This document shows positions 1 to 10,176 of a DNA stretch of 64,000 nt, one piece after another. Within the stretch, counting starts at the first letter, position 1, and each line of letters starts with the position of its first letter. The stretch lies in the NCBI GenBank assembly GCA_963737265.1, contig CAVTRY010000016.1, positions 224,001 to 288,000 of the forward strand. The letters are read 5' to 3'. The notes under the pieces were generated by a model. The model ran no database searches and was not told the origin of the DNA. It saw nothing but the letters and a program-made list of their open reading frames with translations. The stretch comes from an uncultured delta proteobacterium. Its GTDB lineage: Bacteria > Myxococcota_A > Polyangia > Fen-1088. The position numbers and the translations under genes were made by a program.

Positions 1-748
1 CTTCCTCGATGCCAACGCGGACGTGATGCCGGCCTTTATTCGCGCGTGGTTCGAGGGGGCGAGAAAACTTCGCGAGGACAAGCAGTCGTCGGTCGCAGTC
101 ATTGCCAAGGCCTTCGCGCAAACCACCGAGGAGACGGCCGCGATCCTGAGCAAGATCAAACCGGCCACCTTTGCCGACAATCGAGCCTTCTTTGGCCTGG
201 AAACCGAGACCTCGCCCTATGCCACGCTGTTTACGGAAGCCGCCGAGATCTGGAAGCGCGAAGGCGTGATCAAGGAGATCCCCAATCCGCGCAAAGCCGT
301 CCGCACCAAGTTCCTGGAGGCCGTTGCCCCGGACTACGCCGGAGAAACGGTCCAAGAAGACTTCACCTTTGCGGCCAAGGGGGCCAAGGGCGAGGCGCTG
401 CTTTCCAAGAGCATGTCGATCTATTTTCGCTCCGGCTCGGCCGAGCTGGATCCCAACGCCCGCCGGGTTGTGGACGCCTTCGTCGAACGCGTGGTGGGTG
501 TGTTCCAGAACGCCTACCTGCGCGTGGAAGGAAACACTGACAACGTGGGCAATCGAAAGTCGAACGTGGCACTGTCGCGCCAGCGCGCCGAGGCCGTGGT
601 CGACTACCTTGTCACCCGGCACCGGTTCCTTCCGGCCCGCTTCGTGGCGGTCGGCAACGGACCGGACCGGCCGGTGTCCGACAACAAGACAGACCAAGGG
701 CGCGAATGGAACCGGCGCACAGATTTCCGTGTGGTGCCCAACTTCTAG
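1..748 (+). CDS. ABC-type solute-binding domain fused to a C-terminal OmpA-like peptidoglycan-binding domain (5' part outside the window)
   Basis: C-terminal OmpA motifs F.SGSAEL, VEGNTDNVG, N..LS.QRA.AV, NRRTDF; same architecture as 11036-12805. Confidence 0.8.
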   Translation, partial: FLDANADVMPAFIRAWFEGARKLREDKQSSVAVIAKAFAQTTEETAAILSKIKPATFADNRAFFGLETETSPYATLFTEAAEIWKREGVIKEIPNPRKAVRTKFLEAVAPDYAGETVQEDFTFAAKGAKGEALLSKSMSIYFRSGSAELDPNARRVVDAFVERVVGVFQNAYLRVEGNTDNVGNRKSNVALSRQRAEAVVDYLVTRHRFLPARFVAVGNGPDRPVSDNKTDQGREWNRRTDFRVVPNF

Positions 749-769
749 CGACTGAAAAGAACCAAAGCC

Positions 770-2491
770 ATGAAGCGAATCGTACTTGCCCTTCTTGCCG
801 TCCACCTTTCCCCAACCGCGCGGGCGCAATCCGCGAACGACCCCATCCCGCTCGACACCATTGCCAGACCCGCCAACCAGACCACTGGACACGGCGGACG
901 CAAGTCGGCGCGCGCACTGCCTGGCGAAAACCAGAACAAGTTGGTCGTGTTGTTGGTGGCGGACATGTTCCGCGCGGATTACTTGACCCGCTATGCTGCC
1001 GACTTTGGTGCCGGTGGATTCAAACGCTTGCTGGGTGACGGCGCGGTTTTCCTCGGCCGATACCAACAGCAGAACACCTATACGGCGGTGGGCCACGCCA
1101 TCATCGCCTCGGGTGCGTACCCGTACGTGAATGGAATCGTGCAAAACAGGTACTACAATCGCGAGCGGAAACAGGTCGAATCGATGCTCTTCGATCCCGC
1201 GTCCAAGCTGCCGGGGTCGCAAAGTACGCCCGAGGATGAAACTTCGCCGCGAAACCTTCTGGGATCGACCGTGGGGGACGAGCTCAGGCTGGCTTCTCCG
1301 TCGTCCAAGGTTGTTGCGGCTGCCATCAAGGATCGCGGGTCCATTCTGCTTGGGGGTCATCTTGGCCAGGCGTACTTCATGGCCGACGCCACCGGCGACA
1401 TGATCACCAGCAGTTACTACGCGGCGAAACTGCCCGATTGGGTCCAGGCCTTCAACGCGCGCAAGGTAGCCGATGCGGTCCTCGGCAAGACCTGGCAACG
1501 ACTGCTGCCCGCCGATCGCTACCATGAACCCGACGACTACCGCATGGAATTCGATGGCAAGGGCCTGGGGCGAGTTTTTCCGCACCAACTGACGGCCAAG
1601 GAAAAGCACCTTGGCGCGGACTACTACGCGGCCTTCACGCACACGCCGTTCGCGCTCGACTACACCTTCGAATTTGCGCGCGCGGCGCTTGACGGCGAGC
1701 AATTGGGCAAACGGGGCGTCACCGACATCTTGGCGATTTCTATTACGCCAACGGACATTGCGGGGCACGCCTTTGGTCCCTACAGTCAGGAGATGCACGA
1801 CATGGTGGTGCGGCTCGACCGTGGTTTGGCCGCCTTCCTGCCCGAACTCGACCGGCGGTTCAAAGCCGGCGAGGTCACGGTTGTGTTCACCGCGGATCAC
1901 GGGGCCGCGCCCATTCCAGAATGGAGCGACGAACACAAGCTCGGCGGTGTGCGCATCAAGAAAGCCACCATCAAGAAGCAAGTCGAAACCACGCTTGCCA
2001 CCCGCTATGGCGAGGGCAACTGGGTGCTTGCCTTGGAAGATCCCAGCGTGTACTTGAACCGCGAACTCATGGCGCAAAAAAAGCTCGACCCGGCCGAGGT
2101 AGAGCGAACCGCGGGGGAAGCCATCTTGGCCCTACCAGGATTTCTTGGGTACTTTACGCGAACGCAGATCCAGAACGGATGGATCCCGCCCACCCGCTTG
2201 GCCCAGTCCGTGGTGCGTTCGTATGCCAATCGCAGCAGCGGCGACGTCATCACCGTGGCCGCGCCATTTTCATTCTGGGGCAAGTACGCAGAGAAAGACT
2301 GGGGCACGACCCACGGAAGCCCCTATCGCTACGACACCGATGTGCCGCTCATTTTGATGGGAAAGCCATTCCGCCCCGGCTACTACGGCGAAACCAGCAT
2401 GGTGGACCTGGCCGCCACCTTGTCCGAAGTGCTGCGCCTGGCACGGCCATCCGGATGCGAGGGCGAGCCCCTGAGCGCGGCCCTGAGGTAG
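770..2491 (+). CDS. Alkaline phosphatase family (PafA-like) secreted phosphatase
   Basis: Signal peptide; motifs VADMFRADY, TYTAVGH, D.AGHAFGP, TADHG, HGSPYRYDT.VP. Confidence 0.85.
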   Translation: MKRIVLALLAVHLSPTARAQSANDPIPLDTIARPANQTTGHGGRKSARALPGENQNKLVVLLVADMFRADYLTRYAADFGAGGFKRLLGDGAVFLGRYQQQNTYTAVGHAIIASGAYPYVNGIVQNRYYNRERKQVESMLFDPASKLPGSQSTPEDETSPRNLLGSTVGDELRLASPSSKVVAAAIKDRGSILLGGHLGQAYFMADATGDMITSSYYAAKLPDWVQAFNARKVADAVLGKTWQRLLPADRYHEPDDYRMEFDGKGLGRVFPHQLTAKEKHLGADYYAAFTHTPFALDYTFEFARAALDGEQLGKRGVTDILAISITPTDIAGHAFGPYSQEMHDMVVRLDRGLAAFLPELDRRFKAGEVTVVFTADHGAAPIPEWSDEHKLGGVRIKKATIKKQVETTLATRYGEGNWVLALEDPSVYLNRELMAQKKLDPAEVERTAGEAILALPGFLGYFTRTQIQNGWIPPTRLAQSVVRSYANRSSGDVITVAAPFSFWGKYAEKDWGTTHGSPYRYDTDVPLILMGKPFRPGYYGETSMVDLAATLSEVLRLARPSGCEGEPLSAALR

Positions 2492-2555
2492 GGCACGCAC
2501 GGGTCCCCTCCGATGAAGGGTCGCGGCGAGGCAAGACGGTCTTAGCTCGAGCCAG

Positions 2556-3251
2556 TCAATCCTTCTGCCGATCCATGATGACGAGTTTTTGCCAGATTTT
2601 GCCGATGAGACCTGCTGTGAGATCTTCAAGGTCATCAACGGCGTCGAGAATGACGGGGTCGGCAAGCCCTTCGGCGTACAGCGCCGCTACCTTGCCAACC
2701 AGAGCCAACAGCTCGCAGGAATAGTCGAGGTAGCGCCGAAGCTCGACCTCGCCGAGAGTCCGTTTCGGCGACGAGGCGGTCGGGGGCGCCCCCACCAGGA
2801 TAGCCTTGGGATCCTTGGTGAGCTGATGCATGTCAACGATATGGGCGACGGTTCTCAACTTGTGAACCATCCGAAGCGTGCGGGTACGCTTCAAGCGATC
2901 CTCGATCTTAAAAAGGAAAAAGATGCCGGTGCCGAGAAAAAACAGGGTACCCAAGGTCGCCTCGCTTGCCTGGATCAGCTCCGCGAGGGCCGTGACCTGA
3001 AAGTTTACGTGCAGGTGGCGCACGGCAATGGCAAGCACGGACAAACCGGCAAGGAGGAGGAGTGAGACGCCGACTCGCAGGGGGATGTTTGGGCGTCGCA
3101 GTCGGTCGACCTCGGTGATGGAGTCGCGGGTGATCTCGGCGAGTCGGGCCGCCAGTTTGCTGAGACTCGCGTCGGGAAAGCGCTCGCGGATGCGCTGTCC
3201 GAGGCGCTCTGTCGTTCTCAGGATCTCGCCTGCGTCCAGTCGTTCGTACAT
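2556..3251 (-). CDS. Hypothetical membrane protein (2 TM)
   Basis: 231-aa ORF with two hydrophobic segments and plausible composition; function unknown. Confidence 0.65.
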   Translation of the reverse strand: MYERLDAGEILRTTERLGQRIRERFPDASLSKLAARLAEITRDSITEVDRLRRPNIPLRVGVSLLLLAGLSVLAIAVRHLHVNFQVTALAELIQASEATLGTLFFLGTGIFFLFKIEDRLKRTRTLRMVHKLRTVAHIVDMHQLTKDPKAILVGAPPTASSPKRTLGEVELRRYLDYSCELLALVGKVAALYAEGLADPVILDAVDDLEDLTAGLIGKIWQKLVIMDRQKD

Positions 3252-3331
3252 GGTGTTACGCAGGAAGCTAGGCCCAAGTCAGGCTGGTCAAGCTGCCGCC
3301 CCCTCTATATTCCCGCGAGATTCCCACCCAC

Positions 3332-3919
3332 TCAGGCTGGACCGGGCTTCACGTCGCCCACGGCACCGAAGAAAACGCGCGCACCTTGCAAACGCCCCTC
3401 CTCGGCCGCGCACTTGCTGCGCACGGATTCGAGGTCGCGCTTTAGCGTTTCCACGGCCGAGCGCTGCTCGTCGATCTGGCGCTGCAGATTGCTCATGGCA
3501 GCCTGGCGCTCGCTGGACGCCTTTTCGACGTCGGCGCGCTTGGCGTCGGCCACGGCACGCACCACGACGATCTTGCGGGCAGCGTCCCGCAGCACGTCGG
3601 TGGGCGCCTTGCCGATAGCGCCGAGAAAGGCCTTGGCCGCGGCCAGCTTCGAGGCTTGCGGCAAGCTCTCGTCGAGTCCGTGCAAAAAGCGTTCGAGCGC
3701 CTCGACTTCGTCGGTGTTGGGAATGCCCGCTTGATCGTAAAGGGCCTGGAAATCGAGTTCGCCCTGCGCCACTACCTGGGCGGGCCCGGCAAAGCTCGTC
3801 GCATCCGCGCCAGGGTCCTCGGGAACCTGGCATTTTTCGAGTTCGGCCATGGCCGCGCTCGTGGCCTCCTGGCCGGTGTCGGTTTCAACGAAGAGGGATT
3901 TGAGTTTGTTCCATGCCAT
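3332..3919 (-). CDS. Hypothetical coiled-coil protein divergent from pspA
   Basis: 195 aa; amphipathic N-terminus ([10 protein letters not shown]) and heptad-rich C-terminal half; TATAAT upstream. Confidence 0.7.
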   Translation of the reverse strand: MAWNKLKSLFVETDTGQEATSAAMAELEKCQVPEDPGADATSFAGPAQVVAQGELDFQALYDQAGIPNTDEVEALERFLHGLDESLPQASKLAAAKAFLGAIGKAPTDVLRDAARKIVVVRAVADAKRADVEKASSERQAAMSNLQRQIDEQRSAVETLKRDLESVRSKCAAEEGRLQGARVFFGAVGDVKPGPA

Positions 3920-3994
3920 GGGAGCCTCGCCTGCGCGGCGGATTATAGGTTAGACTCATCCTTTGACCCAGCCCGAGTGAACAAGGAGCGAGAT

Positions 3995-4705
3995 ATGTCC
4001 GAAGGCGGTGGATTCTTCAAGCGACTTTCGAACCTGCTGAGCGGCTTCATGAGCCTGTGGATCTCCGACGTGGAGAAGGAGCATCCGGAGATCGCCTACG
4101 AAAACGCCATCAACGCCATGGTGGAGAAATACGCCAGGCTCAAGCGCGCCACCGCCGCCATCATCCGCCGCCGCGACGAAGTCAACGAGCGCTACACGAA
4201 CCAGGCCAAAGAGCTGGCCGAGGTCACGTCGGATCTGGACGTCGCGGTGCAAACCGCCAAGGACGATCTCGCCCTCATTCTCATCCAGAAAAAGAACCAG
4301 CTGGAAAAGGAAGTCGCCGATCTCAAGACCGACCTCGAAACCGCCGGCACGGACGCAGGCAGCGCCAAGGCTTCGCTGTTGCAGGTACAGGCCGAGATTA
4401 AGAAGTTGCAGGCCGAGAAGGACAACATGCTGGCTAAGATGGAAAGCGCCAAGGCGCGCATCCGCATTCAGGAACAGCTGGACGGCCTGAGCGTGGATGC
4501 CGAGGTCAAGGCCCTCGAAAACGTGCGCGGCCACATCAAGAACACCATCGCCGAGGCCAACCTCGGCAAGGAGCTGTCCGAGTCGACGCTCGATCAGAAG
4601 CTCAAGGCCCTGCGCGCCCAGACCGGCGACGTGACCGCGCGCAGCCAGCTTGACGAGATGAAAGCCAAGATGGCGGCGAAAAAAGCCGCGGTCAAGACTC
4701 TTTGA
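3995..4705 (+). CDS. pspA: PspA/IM30 (ESCRT-III superfamily) protein
   Basis: AAGGAG RBS before ATG 3995; amphipathic N-terminal helix [15 protein letters not shown] motif, long coiled coil, about 236 aa. Confidence 0.85.
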   Translation: MSEGGGFFKRLSNLLSGFMSLWISDVEKEHPEIAYENAINAMVEKYARLKRATAAIIRRRDEVNERYTNQAKELAEVTSDLDVAVQTAKDDLALILIQKKNQLEKEVADLKTDLETAGTDAGSAKASLLQVQAEIKKLQAEKDNMLAKMESAKARIRIQEQLDGLSVDAEVKALENVRGHIKNTIAEANLGKELSESTLDQKLKALRAQTGDVTARSQLDEMKAKMAAKKAAVKTL

Positions 4706-4743
4706 TTTCTTAAAGACCCCGCTTGAAGTCGCAGGAGCCGCGC

Positions 4744-6579
4744 ATGCACCCAGCTTGGGCCGAAGAACTTCGACAACGTTACCGGCGCGGCGAGGCCAGC
4801 CAGTTCATCCTGCACGGCAATGTCTTCGATGTCGTTGCCTGGGACGGCAAGCTCATTCCGCTCGGCACCTATCTGGCCGAGAACCTGCTCGGCGAAACCA
4901 AGGACATCGTGGCGGTCTTCAATCTCGCCAGCGGCGGCACCTTGGTTCGCCGCAAGGCCGACCTGGGCGGATTCGAGGATCTGGTGGTGCAGCGCCAGCC
5001 GAGCAAGTTTCTGCCCGCCATGGAGCGCATCCTCAAGACGCGCACCAAGGTCGCCTTGGTGGTCGAGTACGCCGAGACGCTGGCCCCGGCCGCCGACGCC
5101 GCCATGATGAGCGAGGAAGATCGCACCGCGGTCGTGACCCTGCACCGCTGGTCGCTTTCGCCCGAGATCGCCGACTCGGACAACGTGGTGTTGCTGCTGG
5201 CGGAAAACCTGTCCGAGCTTCATCCCAAGCTGGTGTCCAATCCACGCATCGCCACCGTGCGCATCCCCATGCCCGACGAGGCCACCCGCCGCACCGTCGT
5301 GGATCTAGTCATGCCGGGCGCCGACGCCGCGTATGCCGCACGACTGGCCAACGTCACCGCGGGACTGCGCGCGGTGCAGATCCAGACCATCTTGCAACCC
5401 CCGCCAGCGGGCGCCGAGGACGGCGAAGAAGATCGCTTCAAGTTCATCCACGGCCTGCTGGGAGCCACGGACGCCGCCGTGCCCAGGGCGCGCAAGCTGG
5501 CCGCCATCACCAAGGGCATGGGCCGCGACGAGATCCGCGTGGTGGTGGCGCCCGACGCCGCCCAGGGAACGCCCGACGACGTCGCCAAGCGCGAACGCGA
5601 CGAAATCGACAGAATCATCACCCGGCGCAAACGCGAGATCATCGAGCGCGAATGCTACGGACTTATCGAATTCGTCGAATCGAGCCACGACTTTCGCGTG
5701 GTGGGCGGTATCGAGGGCGTGAAAACCGAGCTCGTGCGCATCGCCAAGGCCATTCGCGAAGGCCACACCGAGCGCGTGCCCATGGGCATTTTGTTCACCG
5801 GCCCCATGGGCGCGGGCAAGACCTTCGTGGCCGAGGCCTTCGCCAAGGAATCCGGGCTGACCACCATCAAGCTCAAGAGCTTCAGGTCGAAATGGGTCGG
5901 CGCCACCGAGGCGAATCTCGAACGCATCTTGCAAGTGATCCAGGCCATCGGCCAGGTGGTAGTCATCATCGACGAAGGCGACCGCTCGTTCGGCAACCAG
6001 AGCGACGGCGAGGGCGATGGTGGAACCTCGTCTCGGGTCATCGCGCGCCTCAAGGAGTTCATGTCGGACACCAGCAACCGTGGCCGCATCCTCTTCATCT
6101 TGATGACTAACCGGCCCGACAAGCTAGACGTGGACATCAAACGCGCCGGCCGCCTCGACCGCAAGGTGCCGCTGCTGTACGCCCAGACCGCCGAGGAAGT
6201 CGAAGCCGTGCTGCTGGCCCAGGTCCGCAAGCACAAGCTGACCTGGGATGTGACCTTTCCCGCGGATCGTATCGAGATTTCGCAACCCATGCTTGGACTT
6301 TCCAACGCCGACTTCGAGGCCATCACGCTGCTGGCCGCGGAATACGCCGCTGGACCCGAGATGGATCTCGTCGTCCGCATCGGCAAAGTCCACATGGTGC
6401 AAGCCATGGCGGACTACCTGCCCTCGCGCGACGGCAAGATGCTCGAATACATGGAGCTCTTGGCCGTGTTCGAGGCGTCCAATCGCCAGATGCTTCCCAA
6501 GAAATACCAAAACATGACTGCCCAGGAATTGCAGGCGCGCCTTGATGTCTTGCGCCTGGAATGCGGACAGCGGCGATGA
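4744..6579 (+). CDS. AAA+ ATPase (classical clade) with a degenerate N-terminal AAA-like domain
   Basis: Walker A GPMGAGKT, pore loop SKWVG, Walker B IIDEGD, second region of homology TNRPDKLD...RAGRLD. Confidence 0.9.
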   Translation: MHPAWAEELRQRYRRGEASQFILHGNVFDVVAWDGKLIPLGTYLAENLLGETKDIVAVFNLASGGTLVRRKADLGGFEDLVVQRQPSKFLPAMERILKTRTKVALVVEYAETLAPAADAAMMSEEDRTAVVTLHRWSLSPEIADSDNVVLLLAENLSELHPKLVSNPRIATVRIPMPDEATRRTVVDLVMPGADAAYAARLANVTAGLRAVQIQTILQPPPAGAEDGEEDRFKFIHGLLGATDAAVPRARKLAAITKGMGRDEIRVVVAPDAAQGTPDDVAKRERDEIDRIITRRKREIIERECYGLIEFVESSHDFRVVGGIEGVKTELVRIAKAIREGHTERVPMGILFTGPMGAGKTFVAEAFAKESGLTTIKLKSFRSKWVGATEANLERILQVIQAIGQVVVIIDEGDRSFGNQSDGEGDGGTSSRVIARLKEFMSDTSNRGRILFILMTNRPDKLDVDIKRAGRLDRKVPLLYAQTAEEVEAVLLAQVRKHKLTWDVTFPADRIEISQPMLGLSNADFEAITLLAAEYAAGPEMDLVVRIGKVHMVQAMADYLPSRDGKMLEYMELLAVFEASNRQMLPKKYQNMTAQELQARLDVLRLECGQRR

Positions 6580-6594
6580 CCAAGGAGACGAGCC

Positions 6595-7053
6595 ATGGAA
6601 TTTTTCCCCGAGATCCCCATTAGCGATCAGCAGGCCCAAGCCATTGCCCGCGGCCTTTACACCCTAGCCGCCGTCGACGGCGTGCACGAACGCGAAGCAG
6701 CCCTCATCGCCAACTTCTACGGCACCACGGCCGGCGGCGAGGCGCACCCTATGACCAGCCTGGCCGAGATCGAGCGGCTCGGACCGCTTTCGCCCGCGGA
6801 GCTGGCGGCCGCCTTGGCCGGCGACGACCTGCGCCAGCTGTTCGTCAAAGCGGCGCTGCTGCTCGCCTATATCGACGGCACAGTGACCGCCTCCGAACGC
6901 GCCCAGATTGCGGCGTACAGTGCCGCCCTCGGCGTTTCGGCGGATCGGCAAGCGGCCCTCGAGGAATCCGTGCGCGACCACCTGATGCAGCCCCTATCCC
7001 GCCTGGACAACAGCGAGGAAGTGGGCAAAGTCGCCAAACAGCTCGGGCGGTAG
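6595..7053 (+). CDS. TerB-like protein
   Basis: Two A..DG....E repeats (LAAVDGVHERE, LAYIDGTVTASE); AAGGAG RBS. Confidence 0.75.
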   Translation: MEFFPEIPISDQQAQAIARGLYTLAAVDGVHEREAALIANFYGTTAGGEAHPMTSLAEIERLGPLSPAELAAALAGDDLRQLFVKAALLLAYIDGTVTASERAQIAAYSAALGVSADRQAALEESVRDHLMQPLSRLDNSEEVGKVAKQLGR

Positions 7054-7272
7054 GGCAACTGGCGGGGTGAACCTCATGAAGGCAGTGGACCTTGGCATCT
7101 CCAAGGTTCGTGTGGCGCTGCCGGGGCGTGGGTAGACACGTCTTGAGTTGACTTAGTCGACTGCTTAGTCCACCCGTGAGGCATGAAGTCGGTCAATGTT
7201 CACGACGCAAAGACCAGGTACTCCCGGCTGCTGGCGATGGTCGAGCGAGGTGTCCAGGTGCTCAGCTCCGAC

Positions 7273-9054
7273 GGGTGGGTTGCACGGGTCCGGGTTTCAT
7301 GACTGGGCGGCCTGGGCTTGGGTGTGAGGCCAGAGGGCGAGCCAGGCCCCCGGGTTGTAGAAGGCAACCCTGAGCGCGACCATGGCTTCAAGGCCGACCT
7401 CGCTCCAGAGCATGCCGCCTTGCTTGCAGCGCCGGCCGACGAGGCGCTTGTTGGTGCTTTCGATGGCGGCACTGGCCAGCGGATAGCCGGCAGCGTGGTA
7501 TGCGGGGTAGTCCATCATGTGCTTGTGGCGGCTCAGGTAGCCGGTCAAGTCGTCGAGGGCTTTGACCGCTTGGCTGCCGGTGGAGCGCTGCCGCTCTTGG
7601 GCGAGGCCCGAGAGCACCTGGTCGACCTTGCCGTCCATGATGGCCTCGGTACGTGGCAAGACCCAAGATGGCACTGCTTTCTTGTCCGGCACGACCTTGT
7701 GACCTGCCTCCCAGACATGCTGCTTGGCGTGCTGGCAGTCGAGGATGCCAAGCAACGGCTGGTCGCAGAAGATCTCGTCGCTGTGCTCGATGAAGTAAGC
7801 GCCACCGTCGGAGACACGGACTACCTTCTGGCGAGACAGCACGCCCTGGGTCGTGGCGGCGGCGTGCAGCTTGTGCCAAAAGCCGTCTCGGTCGTTGAGT
7901 GTTGCGACGTAGCGCCGGTCCAGCAAGACGCCTCGGCCGGGGCTCTCCTCGCAGGCGTGTTCCCCGAGGTAGGTCAGTCCCATGCACACCTCGCGGCCGG
8001 CGACCCGTGGTGAGCGCCCGGTGGGCCCCATGGGCGAGCCAGCGACCTCGGACAGGGTACTCGGCGCCTGATGGCGAAGGGCACGTTCGCCGGTCTCGCT
8101 GACCGCTGCCGACTGTGTGGCGTTCGGGACCGCAGACGGCGCCTTCGCCTCGTCGGTCGCTTTGCGCCGTGGCTCTTGTCCTGGTTTCCAGGTCAGGACG
8201 TGAACACCGTCAACCTCAATCACGCCGAAGCCCTCTGTACGCTTGGGCGCACACAGGTCACCGCGAGCCTGGGCGTGCACCTGTTGGTCGTACTTGCTCC
8301 AATGGGCTTCGGCATCGGCCTGGGCGGCCTGGGCGGCACGCGTTCCATCTTCGGTCACCCATCGCTTGGCGGTGCTCCCGTCGGGAGCCACGGCCCACAG
8401 GTAACGGAGTTCCTCGACGGCCTCGTCGAAGCTGCCCATCCGGCAGGCCAGCCTTTCGGTCGCCTCGCGCACATCGTCGGCGTATTCGCCCGCAGGAAGG
8501 CCCCAAGCCTCGTCAAAGGCAAACCAGCTGCGGCCGCAAACACACTCGTTGCGTCGACGATCGGCTTCCACCCGACCGAATCTCGCCACGAACGTCGTTC
8601 TCTCAAATCCTCTGGATTTGGCTTGCTTTCCACAGGTGCAGACTTGTCCAGGTCCATGAGCCCGCGCGGCCTGCTGGATGACCAGTTCCATGGCTCTTCG
8701 GCCCACAGTCGACAACGTCGTCGCCAGCGCAGCCCCCAGCGTCGCCACGGACATGCCATCGCCGCGCAGCGCTTGTTGTTCGAGCTCGTTCAATTTCTGG
8801 ACGAGCGGTTCCAGAGCCTGCAAAGTCAATCCTGCGACATTGGGTCGTCTCATGGCGGTGCCTCCTTCTTGGATAGCTGAAGGCATCGCCATGAATCTCC
8901 TTCCTACGCAAATTCCTTCCATTTTGGGAACCACGCCAGGGCCCGTTTTCCGAGCGCGCCACCCACCAACTCGCCCTCGAATCAACGTCCCGTAGCGCGC
9001 TCGGAAAACGGGCCCTTCAGCCGCCACCAGAACCCGGGCCCGTGCAACCCACCC
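7273..9054 (-). mobile_element. Insertion sequence, ISKra4/ISLre2-like (Mutator-type DDE)
   Basis: 24-bp terminal IRs GGGTGGGTTGCACGGGYCCGGGTT (23/24 match); 9-bp target duplication AGCTCCGAC at 7264-7272 and 9055-9063. Confidence 0.9.
7297..8853 (-). CDS. Transposase (ISKra4/ISLre2-like)
   Basis: CxC..CxC zinc-binding region, EVDG, SDGG, LDCQHAKQH, GYPLASAAIES.NK..RRCK..G..W; AAGGAGG RBS. Confidence 0.85.
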   Translation of the reverse strand: MRRPNVAGLTLQALEPLVQKLNELEQQALRGDGMSVATLGAALATTLSTVGRRAMELVIQQAARAHGPGQVCTCGKQAKSRGFERTTFVARFGRVEADRRRNECVCGRSWFAFDEAWGLPAGEYADDVREATERLACRMGSFDEAVEELRYLWAVAPDGSTAKRWVTEDGTRAAQAAQADAEAHWSKYDQQVHAQARGDLCAPKRTEGFGVIEVDGVHVLTWKPGQEPRRKATDEAKAPSAVPNATQSAAVSETGERALRHQAPSTLSEVAGSPMGPTGRSPRVAGREVCMGLTYLGEHACEESPGRGVLLDRRYVATLNDRDGFWHKLHAAATTQGVLSRQKVVRVSDGGAYFIEHSDEIFCDQPLLGILDCQHAKQHVWEAGHKVVPDKKAVPSWVLPRTEAIMDGKVDQVLSGLAQERQRSTGSQAVKALDDLTGYLSRHKHMMDYPAYHAAGYPLASAAIESTNKRLVGRRCKQGGMLWSEVGLEAMVALRVAFYNPGAWLALWPHTQAQAAQS

Positions 9055-9139
9055 AGCTCCGACGGCCGGCTTGACCCCTACGGCATCCGGCGCCTGGCCC
9101 CGTAGCCGAATTCGTCTAGATGGCTAGTGCCGTCCGCCA

Positions 9140-9301
9140 GAATTTCAACCAGCACTTGGCTGCGTTGAACCTAAGTCGGGCTTGCCCGATGCGAAGGCGC
9201 CCAGGCCAGCGATGCGCCGCCCGCCACGTCCTCCCTGCATGACGTCGAAGGCGCGCACGCTCGCTTCCGTCGTCGAGCCGCGCATGAACCATCTTGGCCA
9301 T
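9140..9301 (-). pseudogene. Possible ribbon-helix-helix antitoxin remnant
   Basis: MAKMVHARLDD... then, in another frame, RIAGLGAFASGKPDLGS; resembles small antitoxins found next to PIN toxins. Confidence 0.3.
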
Positions 9302-9366
9302 CTGGGAGCCTCCGTAGTACAAATGGCATTTCGTATGACAGGGCCGCGTCCGTCAAGCAGGGCAAC

Positions 9367-10176
9367 CTACAGCGCCTTGAATGCCTGCTTCACTTCGCGC
9401 TCGACCGCCGGGAAGCCGGGGTCGATTTCCAGATCGGGACGCCAGGCCAGGCCCATTTCGACCAGGTCGTAGGTCTTCTGGATACGGGCGCCGCTGACGA
9501 TTTTTCCCGCGGCGTCGCGGTCGCGGCCGAGCATGAAGAGCGTGTCGCTGATGAGCAGAGCAGAGCGAATGTCGTGCGTGACCAGCACGACCGTATTCAG
9601 CTCGTCCATGTTGGCGACCTCGATGATGAGCTTGGTAACGTCTTCCAAGGCGGCGGGATCGAGGCCGGAGAAGGGCTCGTCCATGAGCAGAAAGGTCTTC
9701 TGTTGGACCACTTGCTGTGCAATGGCCACGCGCTGGCGCTGGCCACCCGAAAGTTGCGCCGGAAAATAGCGGGCGCGTTCGCTCAGGCGAAAACGATCCA
9801 GTAGAGCCAAACCCTTGCTGCGCGCAAGGGTGCTGGAAAGGCCGTTGGCTTCACCCGCGACGAGCAGGTTGTCGAGCACGGTGCGGTGGGCGAGCAGGGG
9901 ATAGCTTTGCATCACGAAGCCCACCGAGCCGACCGGCAAGAGCGCGCCGCCTGGTCCGCGCACGCTGCCACGGTCGGGTTCGTCGAGGCCGGCAATGAGA
10001 CGCAGAAGGCGCGTCTTGCCCACGCCCGAGGGACCGAGCAAGCCCACCACCTGTCCGGTCACCACGCCGGGCCGCACCCGATCGCGAACGTCGAAAGTCA
10101 GGCCTTGCAGGATCTGAGCGTCGCCTAGCTTCTGCCAGACATCGCGAACCGACAGCAGAATGTCGCCAGCGGCCAT
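9367..10176 (-). CDS. ABC transporter ATP-binding protein (NitT/TauT type)
   Basis: GPSGVGKT, LSGGQRQR, LLMDEPFSGLD, VTHD; TGATG coupling to the permease. Confidence 0.9.
   Translation of the reverse strand: MAAGDILLSVRDVWQKLGDAQILQGLTFDVRDRVRPGVVTGQVVGLLGPSGVGKTRLLRLIAGLDEPDRGSVRGPGGALLPVGSVGFVMQSYPLLAHRTVLDNLLVAGEANGLSSTLARSKGLALLDRFRLSERARYFPAQLSGGQRQRVAIAQQVVQQKTFLLMDEPFSGLDPAALEDVTKLIIEVANMDELNTVVLVTHDIRSALLISDTLFMLGRDRDAAGKIVSGARIQKTYDLVEMGLAWRPDLEIDPGFPAVEREVKQAFKAL

Larger units (their letters stand above)
7183..9105 (+). pseudogene. Collapsed Phd/YefM antitoxin-PIN toxin remnant, interrupted by an IS
   Basis: Removing the IS and one target copy gives MKSVNVHDAKTRYSRLLAMVERG-VQVLSSDGRLDPYGIRRLAP*: a Phd-like N-terminus plus a PIN-like C-terminal tail. 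Confidence 0.55.
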
